The notes under the pieces are model-generated. The model had not been told where the DNA came from, ran no database searches, and was given only the letters and a program-made list of their open reading frames with translations. The position numbers and the translations under genes are program-made. Positions 42,172 to 55,746 of a DNA stretch of 57,521 nucleotides are shown one piece after another (positions within the stretch are counted from its first letter, which is position 1; each line of letters starts with the position of its first letter). Origin of the DNA: Eledone cirrhosa (Eukaryota). The stretch is taken from positions 1-57,521 of the forward strand of contig CAXHJY010001581.1 of assembly GCA_964016885.1 (NCBI GenBank), given 5' to 3'.

Positions 42172-44268
42172 ACAAAACTGGTAACTTGTATCATATGGAT
42201 ATTGAACATTATAATGAGTTCATATATAAAGAACTCAGAAAAAATTATAAAAAATCTAATAATGCGTCACTCACCAACATCAACAACAAAACACACAACA
42301 TAGTAAAAAAACTAAATATTGAAGATAGAACTGAACCTTTGGCATTGAGAAGTCCACACTTCAACCTGAAAGATCACAAATCTAACTTTAACTCTAATCC
42401 TTCTATTAGACTTATATGTCCCTCCAAATCAGATATTGGAATAATTAGCAAAAAAATTTTAGATAGAGTCATCCCACAAATAAGAAAATATGTTATTTTA
42501 CCACTCTGGGAAAACACCTCCCAGGTAATTAATTGGTTTAAACATATTAGGTGTAAATCTTCTGCTTCTTTCCTACAGTTTGATATAGATAATTATTATT
42601 CTTCTATATCACCCATACTCCTGAACAAAGCATTAATATTTGCTAAAAATAGATCTAATTTAACTTCGGATGACATTAACATTATTATACATGCTAGACA
42701 AACACTTATTGAATTTCAGAATGAATACTGGACCAGAAACACTTATAGTAATCTTTTTGATATTACTATGGGTTCAAGCGATTCTGCCCAAATTACTGAT
42801 CTTGTGGGCCTCTTTCTCCTTTTCAACATAAATGCCTCTTTTCCCCACCTCAAAGGTGGTTTATATCGTGATGACTGTCTTCTTCTTTCTAACAACCTTA
42901 GCCTTTCAGAAATCGAAAAAAACAAAAAGCATATTAGAACTTTCCTTAAAGACTATTATAATCTTAATATTACTTTTGAAAAAACAAGTAAAGTAGTAAA
43001 TTTCCTAGATATAACTTTAGATTTAGCTACGGGTATATACCAACCTTACCATAAACCTAACCAAAACTTACATTACATACACTCACAATCTAATCACCCT
43101 AAATCTATCCTTAAAAACCTTGCATATAATATATCACTTAGAATTTCTAACCTTTCTTCTAACCAAGATGTATTTGATAAAAATGCGACCTTTTATAATG
43201 AAGCTCTAGATAGAAGTGGCCACAAAAATAGATTAGAGTATATAACTTCTACTAAAAATACTGAAAACATACAGCATAATATTACCAACAAACACCAAAT
43301 GAAAAGTACACACCTAAATGCCACCCACAGTATACCCCAAAATACTAAATCTTCTAATATAAAGTATAGTAACCCTCAAAAAACTACTCATCATAAGACT
43401 ATAATAAATATTAATAATAAAACTCCTAATAAAAAAGATAAAACACCTAAATCTACAAATATAACTAAAAATAGTTGTGGGTGAGATCATTAACATTATT
43501 CCTCCTAGTAAAAATCATGATACAACATATAAAAATAATAAAAATAATAAACAACATAGAAACCGTAATAGACGAGTTACTTGGTATAATGCTCCTTTTA
43601 ATTTACAAGTTAAGGATAATATTGCTAAAAATTTTTTTATATCCTTGAGAAAAACTTCCCGCCAAACCACAAATACCATCAAATCTTAAATAGGTCTACA
43701 GTTAAATTCTCATATTCTACAACAAATAACATAAAACAAAATATAAGTGCATATAATGCATATAAATGTAAGAAAACTATAAGTATACCACCAGTACATC
43801 AAATTAACAATAATATCTCCTCAAATACAGAATTAACGAAAGGATGTAACTGTAGAAACAAAACAAACTGCCCATTAAAGGGAATTGTCTTGTTAACAAC
43901 ATAGTCTATAAATGTAATGTTAAAACTAAAGATTCTATTTGCTCATATATAGGAGCTACCTCTAACAATTTTAAGACAAGGTATAATACCCACAAACATA
44001 GCTTTAAAAATGCCGCACTGGCTAATACAACATCTCTAGCAGAAAAAATCAATAGTTATAAAAATAAAAATATAAAATATGATTTGACCTGGAGTGTGCT
44101 CAAAAGAGCCACCCCTTATCAAAATAATAGAAAGGAATGTAGATTATGTTCCCAAGAACTATTTGAAATAATGAAGTCTAGGGATATCTTATTAATAAAA
44201 GACAGGAATTAATTATATCGTGTAATCATAAACTAAAAAAAACATTTAAATATTATAAACCTAATTAA
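42171..44268 (+). pseudogene. 5'-truncated PLE family C RT plus GIY-YIG, with homopolymer frameshifts
   Basis: DKTGNLY, LKDHK, RLICP, FDIDNYYSSI, ITMGS, GLYRDD, VNFLDITL and YHKPN..SNHP motifs; 1-nt indels at ~43479, ~43630 and ~43878 relative to the inverted arm. Confidence 0.9.
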
Positions 44269-46054
44269 TAACATTATTCTAGAATTTAATTTAATTTAAA
44301 TGTTAGTTAACCTATAAATTTAATTTAATTAATATTTTATTACAGATGAGAAAATATTATGTAATCATTAATTTTGAAAAACCTTTAAATATTACTAATA
44401 TATATTCAGTAATTTAATTTATAGATTAATTTTAACTTATTTTAACCTTTTATTATAATTTTTTAATTTAGTTTAACCTTTTATTATAATTTTTTTTATT
44501 ATAATTCTTTTACAGATAAAATATAACAAAATAATATCATGTATCCTATGACGGAGAAAGAATTTTTAGTATTATTGACCTAATTAATATACATTTTGGA
44601 AATATATTTATTATTTGGTTTTAGCTTTAATCAACCTAAAACTTTAATTTTAATTTTAATTTGCTTAAAATTAGTATCCTTGTACAGACGAATTGCAGAA
44701 TTTCATGTAATCATAGAATGGGAGGTGTTTTTGGATATATACCTAGTTAATATATTCTGTGCAAATTTTTTGAAAAAGATATGTATATCTATATGTATAT
44801 GTATATGTGTGTATTGTATGTGTATCTGTATGTATATTTATGTGACTATATATGTATGTATGTGTATATATATGTATATATATATATATATATGTGTATG
44901 TATATGTATATGTATGTGTATGTGTATGTATATGTATGTGTATGCGTATTAATTTTGATTTTTATTTGCATATAATTATATTATGCTATTGATGAAATAC
45001 AATATCTGCTTTATGTATTGTATACCTAATTAACATATACTAATTAACATATACTATTGAAATAAATATATAATTTTTAACTTAGTTTTAACATATAATT
45101 TATATGCTACTACCGATGTAATACTTTATTTTATTTTTATTTGGGTTTCTTTTCCCTATTACTAAATTCATCTCCTAATATTGATACCATAACGTTATTA
45201 ACTTTAATTTAGTTATAATGTAATTAATAATCTACTACTGTTTGACTTCATAATTCTGCTTCAAATATTATAAACCTAACTAATTTACACCTTGGAAATC
45301 AATATGTTGACTATCTTTGGTTTAGTTGACATATGATTAATGGTATACTTTTTTATTTTGTGATGCATAGATTTCGTATTTCCTAGCACTGAAAATATGT
45401 AAGAACATACATTGAATTAAGATATGGAAAATATTATAGGTTTCTTGAAACATATATTTACTTTGATCCCCTTCTCCAAACCCCCCCTTTCCCCCATACT
45501 ATTATCATCTGTTTTTGTAAGTGTATATGTATGAATATATGTGTAGATGGGTGTCTATATAGTTTTTTTGGTATTTATTTCTAAATATAAAAATACATAT
45601 ATGAGCATGTAAATATGAATGTAAGATTGAGTGTGTATATATGATTGTACATACATGTGTATGTATATATATGTATATATATGTATTATATATGTACGTG
45701 TATGTGAATGTGTAGTATATATATGTGTATGTATGTGTATATATGTGTGTGTATGTGTATGCTTGTATATAGGAATATATATGTGTGTATATATGTATAT
45801 ATATGTATATGCGTGTTTGTATGTATGTGTATATGGGTTCTATATATATTTGTATGTCTCTCTATTTATATGTTTATCTTCGTATCTATGTGATATATGT
45901 GTGTGTGTGTGCACGTATGCATATGTATGTGTTTGTGTGTGTTTGTATGTGTGTGTGTGTATATATATGTATGTATTTGCGCACACTCACATACACATAT
46001 ATATATATATATATATATATATGTGAGTGTGTATGTGTGTCTGTATGTGTGTGC

Positions 46055-46086
<32 letters not shown>

Positions 46087-46114
46087 GTGTATGTATGTGT
46101 ATGTGTGTGTATAT

Positions 46115-46156
<42 letters not shown>

Positions 46157-46295
46157 ATATAGGTGTCTATGTGTGAATATATGTCTTTATTCGTATGTGT
46201 GTATTTATATATGTTTATATTTAGGTGTATGTATGTATGTGTATGTATGTATGTATATGTATGTATATGTATGTATATGTGTATATGTGTGTATA

Positions 46296-46332
<37 letters not shown>

Positions 46333-46545
46333 CTTTATTATTATTGTAATATAACTTATGTGTATATGTGTATAAGTGAGGTTGTGTATGTATATATACT
46401 ATGTGTATATATAAGAGTAATGAAATATATATATATATATATATATATATGTGCACGTCTGTATTTTATGTGTGTGTGTATATATATATGTGTGTGTGTG
46501 TATATATGTATGTATATATACATATATGTGTACGTGTGTGTATGT

Positions 46546-46586
<41 letters not shown>

Positions 46587-46697
46587 TGGATGTTTGTATG
46601 TGTTTTCATGGTGGTATGAGTGTGGGATATATATGTTTATGTATAAGTATATGTATGTGTATGTATATATATATGAGTCTATGTGTGTGTGTGTATA

Positions 46698-46746
<49 letters not shown>

Positions 46747-47514
46747 ATGTGTGTATGTGTTGCGCGTGTGTGTGTCCGTATTTTTATCCTTTTATATGTG
46801 TATGTGTATGTTCGTGTAAATGTATGTGTGTGTATGACAGTATAGGTATGTGTGTATGTATGTATGTGTAGATATCTCTATGTGCGCGTACATGTATGTA
46901 TGTGTATGTATATCTGTATGCGTATGTACATTATATTATATGTAATATATTTTATTGTTTTTATTTTTTTATTTTTCATAATTTATAGATACATTTATAT
47001 TAGGCTGTCTGGTCTGACAACCTAATACTGACCCCTCCCCCCCCCTCCCACCTAATTTCTGTATCTTGATCTTGAAATGTGTGTACCAGTGTGTTTATGT
47101 GAGTGACTTAATTTCTATTTGCTTATGATTTTATATCCACATATATAAATGTGAGTGGGGGAGTGTGTGTGTTTGTGTGTTCGTGGTTATGTGTATATTT
47201 ATATATATACGCACATGTATGTGTGATTATACTGATATGTGTGAGTATGAAAAAAATATATTTATATGCTTGACTCCATAAGTATCATTGCGTATCTTAT
47301 CAGCGCATTAAGCTTACAGAGATATTAACCTTGAAATTTTTTATTTGCATCCATCTTTTTAGTATGCACATACAAATTATACACACATTATTGTAAAATG
47401 TGTGTAGGGTTTTACATGTATATACACACACCAAACTGCTTTTTAACCCTTTGTGTTTTCATTGGTCAATTTTGAACTGATATTTTGAATTGTTGTTATT
47501 ATCAATAAATATAC

Positions 47515-47669
47515 TTCATTATTTCTGAAGACGGCGTATATATGAGTTAGGTATGTATATTTAATCTTGATAATTTGTATAATTTTGTATAATTTTGTAC
47601 ATAGATCTGTTAAATATGCATACCAATTATAACACATATATACCCTAGAAACGATCGTTAAATAGTGAA
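47515..47669 (+). ncRNA. Type I hammerhead with very long stem II, family C (mirror copy 37839-37993 on the minus strand)
   Basis: TTCATTATTT-CTGAAGA-[GTATATATG/CATATATAC; GGTATGTATATTTAA/TTAAATATGCATACC]-GAAA-CGATCG-TT-AAATAGTGAA. Confidence 0.75.
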
Positions 47670-47730
47670 CTTTTTTTGTTTAATATAAGGAATTGTTTGT
47701 TCATTATTTGTTTAATATTTTATATATATA

Positions 47731-47780
<50 letters not shown>

Positions 47781-47820
47781 AAGTTATATTTAAAATTGTT
47801 GGGTTACATTGTTTATATTG

Positions 47821-47886
47821 TATTTTGTCTGATGAAGGCATAACATATTGTTAATATGATATCCCCGAAATATATGTAATGAAATA
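47821..47886 (+). ncRNA. Type I hammerhead (family I) in a 150-bp island, 47779-47928
   Basis: TATTTTGT-CTGATGA-stem II-GAAA-TATATG-TA-ATGAAATA; the island's left end also occurs at 29636-29661. Confidence 0.7.
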
Positions 47887-47954
47887 AATATGGTTTTATA
47901 AATATAGTTTTCCATTTATTTAATATTGTATATATATATATATATATATATATA

Positions 47955-47991
<37 letters not shown>

Positions 47992-48222
47992 TTATATATA
48001 TATATATATATACTTATATATATATATATATATACTTATATATATATATATATATATATATATACTTATATATATATATATATATACTTATATATATATA
48101 TATATATATATACATATATATACATATATACTTATATATATATATATATATATATACATATATATACATATATATATATACATACTTATATATATATATA
48201 TACATATATATATATACATACT

Positions 48223-48272
<50 letters not shown>

Positions 48273-48339
48273 CATACTTATATATATATATATATATATA
48301 TAAGTATATATATATATATAAGTATATATATATATATAA

Positions 48340-48520
<181 letters not shown>

Positions 48521-48522
48521 CT

Positions 48523-48595
<73 letters not shown>

Positions 48596-48647
48596 TTATA
48601 TATATATATATATATACTTATTTATATATATATATATATATACTTAT

Positions 48648-49900
48648 AGTAATAATAATAAAATTGAAGACTAAAATCCAGAGAGGGCTCGATAAGGAAA
48701 ATATATATCAAATATATAAGAACCGAAGAGCAAATATTTATTAAAATAACAGATTAAAGTTTAAGCAAAGAATCGCTGCTTTCACCCTTAACGGGATCTT
48801 CTGAAACTAACAAAGTCAATCTGTAAACGCAGAACTGGATATTTCAAAAAACGTTGCAACCGGAGGAAGACAGGAAGACGATACTTTGGTTCATGGTGAC
48901 GTTCGCTGGCAAAGAACGGGAAAAAACGAATAATACGTCATTAATAGGAGCGGTGAAAGACAATTACGTGCAAGGACAGAACCACGTTTATGGTATAAAA
49001 GAGCTCGTAGACTAATGTTCTCTAAATGGTGCATAGAGACGTTCTCTGGCAATGCACGAAAAAACGAAGATAATAAGTCATATGTGGAGCGTGGAGAACA
49101 ATAGCGTGCAAAGACAAAACCACGTAAATGGTATAGCAGAAGTCGTAGACTAAAATTCTAACTAGGAGACCGAATGAATCTCCGCTACAGAGTTAAGAAC
49201 AAAGTAAATAAATACAATACAGAAGTAATAGGAACAAATAAATACATACACGTAAACAGATACGTACATACACAAGCATACGCAAACCCTTACCATAGGT
49301 ATACAAAACCACGCACATATAAATATGTGTATGTGTGTATGCTTGAATACAAATAAATAAATAATTATATAAACGTATATAAGTAAATAAATACGTATAT
49401 AACAAGCGCACACACATACCTACAAATAAATACATGAAGGTTCGGAGACGTAAGTCAACTAAAACAAGAAGTACACATAAACACACACCCACCATACGTA
49501 CGAACCTGCATACTCACGCAGGCGCAAAACTCCCATATACACATAACCAAACCCTAAATACCAGAATATGTAAACATTATACGCCAAAACAGTCAAATAT
49601 ACGTACGAAAAGGTATACATACCTTCACAAAACATACGGGTAATATATACTTATCTATGCAAATAAGTAAAGGAATAAACAAAACATATACTTAACTCCC
49701 ACATCAAGACGTAAATATCCACGTATAGATCGTGCTATCCGTTAGGGTATAACGTAGGGCTGTAATACAGGAAAGTTTTGTGCAATTTATGTTTAGAAGC
49801 CGAAATTGCCTCAGATTTTTTGTTTAAGATGTGGTCTTTGGCGTAGAGTATTTCCAGGGCCCCAGCGGCGCAGAGGTCACATGGTCTTTTATTTCCGTTA
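48648..49900 (-). mobile_element. Family F terminus (long end, hammerhead fold at 48758-48808) plus presumed non-coding body; right boundary uncertain
   Basis: 48648-48808 matches 28827-29007; the rest has no second copy in the window. Confidence 0.55.
48898..49160. repeat. Diverged ~140-bp direct repeat (2 units)
   Basis: GACGTTC.CTGGCAA...CGTGCAA.GACA.AACCACGT..ATGGTATA...TCGTAGACTAA at 48898 and 49038. Confidence 0.8.
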
Positions 49901-49956
49901 TACGATCTAGCCCTAGCTGGTCTTGTAGGGCACAGGTTGCTAAGGTCATAAGTGTC

Positions 49957-51444
49957 TAGCAACCTGTGCCCTACAAGACCAGCAAGAGGCAGACCACCTA
50001 CCATTACCTCAATGGCCAAGAAAACCCACACAGATAGATGGAACGGGTGGACCAGAGCCATACGGACACCCGAAAACCACGATGAACTGAAGAAAATGAT
50101 TGCACATGCGGTGGGGGCCAGCATAAAATTAACCCTTAAGGAACATATGTTCAAATTTAATGGTAAAACATATGCCCAAGAGGAAGGAGCAGCCATTGGT
50201 GTTAGCATTGCAGGTGACATAGCTAACTTATTCATGGTATGGTGGGACTGTAGACTTAAACAAAAACTTAAAGAACAATTAGAAGACAGCTTAACCCTGA
50301 TAATGTACTCCCGCTACGTAGATGATATAAACATCGTAGTTAAGACACCCCCACTAAAGAACAGTCAGGAACTAGAGAAAAACACAATGGAAAGCATCCA
50401 GCAAATAGCAAACTCCATCCACCAGAGCATTAGGGTTACTATAGACTACCCAAGTAGACACCCCAACCATCGATTACCTGTACTAGACACAGAGCTCTGG
50501 TTAGATACCATTAACAACCAAAAACAAATCCTCCATTCCCTTTATGCCAAACCCATGACTTCCAAACATCTGATCCACCGAAACTCGGCCATTTCGGACC
50601 ATACCAAAATCAACATACTGATTGCGGATTTGGTACGGGTGATGAGAAATGTGTCCCGCATGTGCAACCCCGAAGAACTAGAGAGACACATACAACACTT
50701 CATCCACCGTATGCAGTTCTCTGGCTACAATCAGAGAGATAGAATCAGAGTGTATAAAGGAGCCAGAACCAAATGGGAAAAAATGGTAAATAATGACATA
50801 AATGGGACCTGCCCCTTGTATAGGAGCAACTTTTGGAATAGAATAGAAAGAACTAGGAACAAGGCCAATAGAATAAACTCATGGTATGATAGAATAAATA
50901 CCAGAGTGTAATGTTCATCAATACAACCCCTAGAGGCGAACTAGCCTACAAATTTAGAAGGGCCCTAAATAAACATAAACTCAATATTAAGATAGTAGAA
51001 AGACCAGGTACCGCCGTAAAAACACTTATTAGCAAGACATACCCGTTCCAAAGACCCTCATGTATAGATAAGAAATGTATAACCTGTAAAATAAGCCCCC
51101 ATATTAACTGTAAAACTAGAAATGTAGTGTATAGCATAAGATGTACTGAAGGACAATGTAGAAACAAAAATATAGTGTACATAGGTGAGACAGCTCGTAG
51201 TATAGGGGAACGAATAAATGAACACTGGCGAGACCTTCAAGATAATAAAGAATCATCTTTGCTCTACCAACATGGTAAGATAGAACACAGGGGTAGATTA
51301 GAGAACATAGAAATAAAAATAGAATCCACACACAGAAAAGATGCAAGGTTTAGGCAAATTACAGAGGCAGTAAGCATAAAAGAATTACAACCAAAATTAA
51401 ATAGAAAATATGAGAGGAACAGCAACATCACAACTTACAATTAA
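49957..51444 (+). pseudogene. PLE family B partial RT plus GIY-YIG, one -1 frameshift at ~50892
   Basis: QEEGAAIG, YSRYVDD, LPVLD and NVVYSIRC..YIGETARS motifs; restoring one base gives ..YQSVMF as in family A. Confidence 0.9.
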
Positions 51445-51637
51445 GGACAAAATGAAAACACACACAGGACAAAATGAAAACACACACACACATAGAACAA
51501 ACAACTTACAATTAAGGACAAAATGAAAACACACACAGGACAAAATGAAAACACACACACACATAGAACAAACAACCAACCAACAATAAATAAATAAATA
51601 AACAAATAGATAAATGAACACAAACACACACAGACAC

Positions 51638-51695
51638 CCGGATGTGGCGCATGCGCAAACTGAGCACACAACACACACACAGAAACAAAATGGCG
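51638..51695 (+). promoter_or_regulatory. Putative pLTR promoter, family B (ETS-like CCGGATGT, NRF1-like GCGCATGCGC, YY1-like AAAATGGCG)
   Basis: Motif matches ~50-100 nt upstream of the hammerhead; repeated at ~57253-57308 and ~55996-56052. Confidence 0.5.
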
Positions 51696-51742
51696 TAGGA
51701 TAGAAGAAAGGAAAGGCACAGAAACAAAGAAAAGGAATCCCC

Positions 51743-51787
51743 AGTCACTGAAGAGGTCACAGAGTGTGTGACGAAAGGACTATGACT
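51743..51787 (+). ncRNA. Minimal hammerhead ribozyme, family B (also 57355-57399 + and 55906-55950 -)
   Basis: AGTCA-CTGAAGA-G-GTCACA-GAGTG-TGTGAC-GAAA-G(G/A)AC-TA-TGACT. Confidence 0.8.
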
Positions 51788-52354
51788 ATATATAAACAAC
51801 TATCTGGTTGTGGAACCAACCAACCAACCAGAAATTTATAAGTTTGTAGATTTGTAAATTTATAAATTTATAAATATATAATAAATTGAAGTGAAAGCAA
51901 CTGGTGCGTGTGTTTCTTATTGGCAACATGACCCTCCCAAAGTATAACAATATCGGTTTCAACACACGATTTCAGATAAAAAATCTTGCTAAACAAATTC
52001 AGAAACGAAATATACTTATATATATATATATATATATTTATACTTATATATATATATATACTTATACTTATATATATATACTTATATATATATTTATACT
52101 TATATATATATATATATATACTTATATATATATATATACTTATATATATATATATTTATACATATATATATATTTATACTTATATATATATATATTTATA
52201 CATATATATATATTTATACTTATATATATATATATTTATACATATATATATAGTTATACTTATATATATATTTATACATATATATATATATATATATTTA
52301 TACAAGTATAAATATATATATATATACTTATATATATATATATATATATTTATA

Positions 52355-52396
<42 letters not shown>

Positions 52397-52453
52397 CTTA
52401 TATATATATATATATATATATACTTATATATATATATATATATATATATACTT

Positions 52454-52770
52454 AATATAAGATCAAAAGATGGTTAAAGGAGTTCCATGTATGTTGATTT
52501 AAATCAACATATATGTTGATTTAAAACTGCACTATCCACAAGTGTTTTTTAGCCTTCATATCATGTTCTCCTGTTTTATCTGATGAAAACACAAATATTA
52601 TTGCATGATGATGTTTGTTTTTGAAATGCGCATAATAAAATACATGGAACTCCTTTAACCATCATTTGATCTTATATTATGTATACTCCAGTCCTACAAA
52701 CTGTAGAGTGCTTCTTATCCGATATCTGCATTGCTTTATTGTACTACAATAAAACTCACCTCCTACATAT
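52454..52770. mobile_element. Two-ended insertion of family D (short end left and inverted; long end right; hammerhead 52574-52640 +)
   Basis: 52454-52491 is inverted relative to ~52640-52678; the right arm ends CACCTCCTAC, as at 24040. Confidence 0.87.
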
Positions 52771-52905
52771 ATATATACTTATATATATATATATATATAT
52801 ATACTTATATATATATATATATACTTATATATATATATATATATATACTTTATATATATTTATACTTATATATATATATATATACTTTATATATATATAT
52901 TTATA

Positions 52906-53065
<160 letters not shown>

Positions 53066-53086
53066 TTTATATATATATATATATAT

Positions 53087-53129
<43 letters not shown>

Positions 53130-53150
53130 TTTATATATATATATATATAT

Positions 53151-53189
<39 letters not shown>

Positions 53190-53210
53190 TTTATATATAT
53201 ATATATATAT

Positions 53211-53428
<218 letters not shown>

Positions 53429-53772
53429 TTTATATATATATATATATATATATACTTTATATATATATATATATATATATATACTTTATATATATACTTT
53501 ATATATATATATATATATATACTTTATATATATATATATATATATACTTTATATATATATATATATATATATACTTTATATATATATATATATATACTTT
53601 ATATATATATATATATATATATACTTTATATATATATATATATATATACTTTATATATATATATATATTATATATATATATACTCATATATATATATATA
53701 TTTATACTTATATATATATATATACTTTATATATATATATATATATATATTTATACTTATATATATATATAT

Positions 53773-53828
<56 letters not shown>

Positions 53829-53833
53829 ATACT

Positions 53834-53867
<34 letters not shown>

Positions 53868-53977
53868 CTTATATATATATATACTTATATATATATATAC
53901 TTATATATATATATACTTATATATATATATACTTATATTTATATATATATATATACTTATATTTATATATATATACT

Positions 53978-54029
<52 letters not shown>

Positions 54030-54031
54030 CT

Positions 54032-54063
<32 letters not shown>

Positions 54064-54211
54064 CTTATATATACATATATATATATATATATAGTTATAC
54101 ACACACATATATATATATATGTATACACACACCCATATATATATATATATATACTTACACACACATATATATACACTCACACACACACATATATATATAT
54201 ATATACTTACG

Positions 54212-54243
<32 letters not shown>

Positions 54244-54605
54244 CTTACACATACATATATATATACATACATATATATATATATACATCCAAAATATATT
54301 ATTCTTATCTTACCATCTCATATAATAAGTCTCTTGTGAAGTGAGACTTATTATAAGTTCCATTTAATTACTCTGACCTCTGCGACACTTCTCTCTATGT
54401 CTTTCCCCCACATAAATCTACTGGAACCTTCTCTAGCACATATGGTTATGCAAGATTACAGCACCAGCATTATAAAAAATCTACCTCCGAAAACAGAAGA
54501 GTTACACAGCACCATTGCTCGAACACTCACAAACTTTGAGTTATCTTTTCAACTGTTAACATATTTCTTGTGATTTATTAATTGAAATATATATACATCA
54601 TACAT

Positions 54606-54644
<39 letters not shown>

Positions 54645-54650
54645 ATATGT

Positions 54651-54681
<31 letters not shown>

Positions 54682-54684
54682 CAC

Positions 54685-54718
<34 letters not shown>

Positions 54719-54798
54719 ACATACATATATCTATATACACACACATATACATACATACACACACACACAAATATACATACATACACACACACACACAC

Positions 54799-54848
<50 letters not shown>

Positions 54849-54852
<4 letters not shown>

Positions 54853-55245
54853 TATTTATATGTTGTGCTATGTTCATTGTAGTAGAGTAATAAAATTTCA
54901 TAGTATGTCTGTTAAAAATAGAGTGGTATCTATGGGATTTAGGAAAACATTTATCTAGTTCTTTGAAAAATAGTTTTGATACAGGTGTTTTAACCCCTAA
55001 CGAGAATGGGGGAGAGAACCAAATAATATTTCCAGTTCTAGTTCTTTTGTTTCTTTTTCTATTTAAGTTAAATTGTTTAATACTATTATTATAGTGAATC
55101 TTAGGAAGATTTTGCATGTTATTGTTATCAAAGTATTTAATTTTATTCATGTAGCCAGCTCTATGTGAGGCATCATTGTAATATTCTGGCTTATTATCAA
55201 AATATTTTTATTAGCTGAAATGCGTGAAATTCGTTGCTGGATACT
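54849..55245 (-). pseudogene. Internal fragment of a further C-clade PLE (RT thumb/linker)
   Basis: [24 protein letters not shown] and [36 protein letters not shown] are homologous to family C. Confidence 0.8.
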
Positions 55246-55251
55246 ATATAG

Positions 55252-55290
<39 letters not shown>

Positions 55291-55291
55291 C

Positions 55292-55326
<35 letters not shown>

Positions 55327-55494
55327 AAATATATATACATATATATATATATATCAAATATATATATATATATATATATATAATCAATATATATATATAT
55401 ATCAATATATATATATCAATATATATATATATATATATATATCAATATATATATATATATATATATATCAATATATATATATATATATATATAT

Positions 55495-55536
<42 letters not shown>

Positions 55537-55584
55537 ATATATATATATATATATATATATCAATATATATATATATATATATAT

Positions 55585-55634
<50 letters not shown>

Positions 55635-55746
55635 CAATATATATATATATATACATATATATATCAATACATATATATATATACATATACATATATATAT
55701 ACATATATATATATACATGTCAATATATATATATATACATATATAC

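Larger units (their letters stand above)
37785..47723 (+). mobile_element. PLE family C (GLYRDD-type, possibly Nematis-like) forming a ~10-kb inverted repeat
   Basis: 37785-42171 is the reverse complement of 43337-47723 (~4.39-kb arms); the spacer 42172-43336 is the RT core. Confidence 0.93.
49917..52013 (+). mobile_element. 5'-truncated PLE family B (Neptune-like relative of A), ending at the long end
   Basis: The protein is collinear with family A; the pLTR has a hammerhead and terminal [28 protein letters not shown]. Confidence 0.93.
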
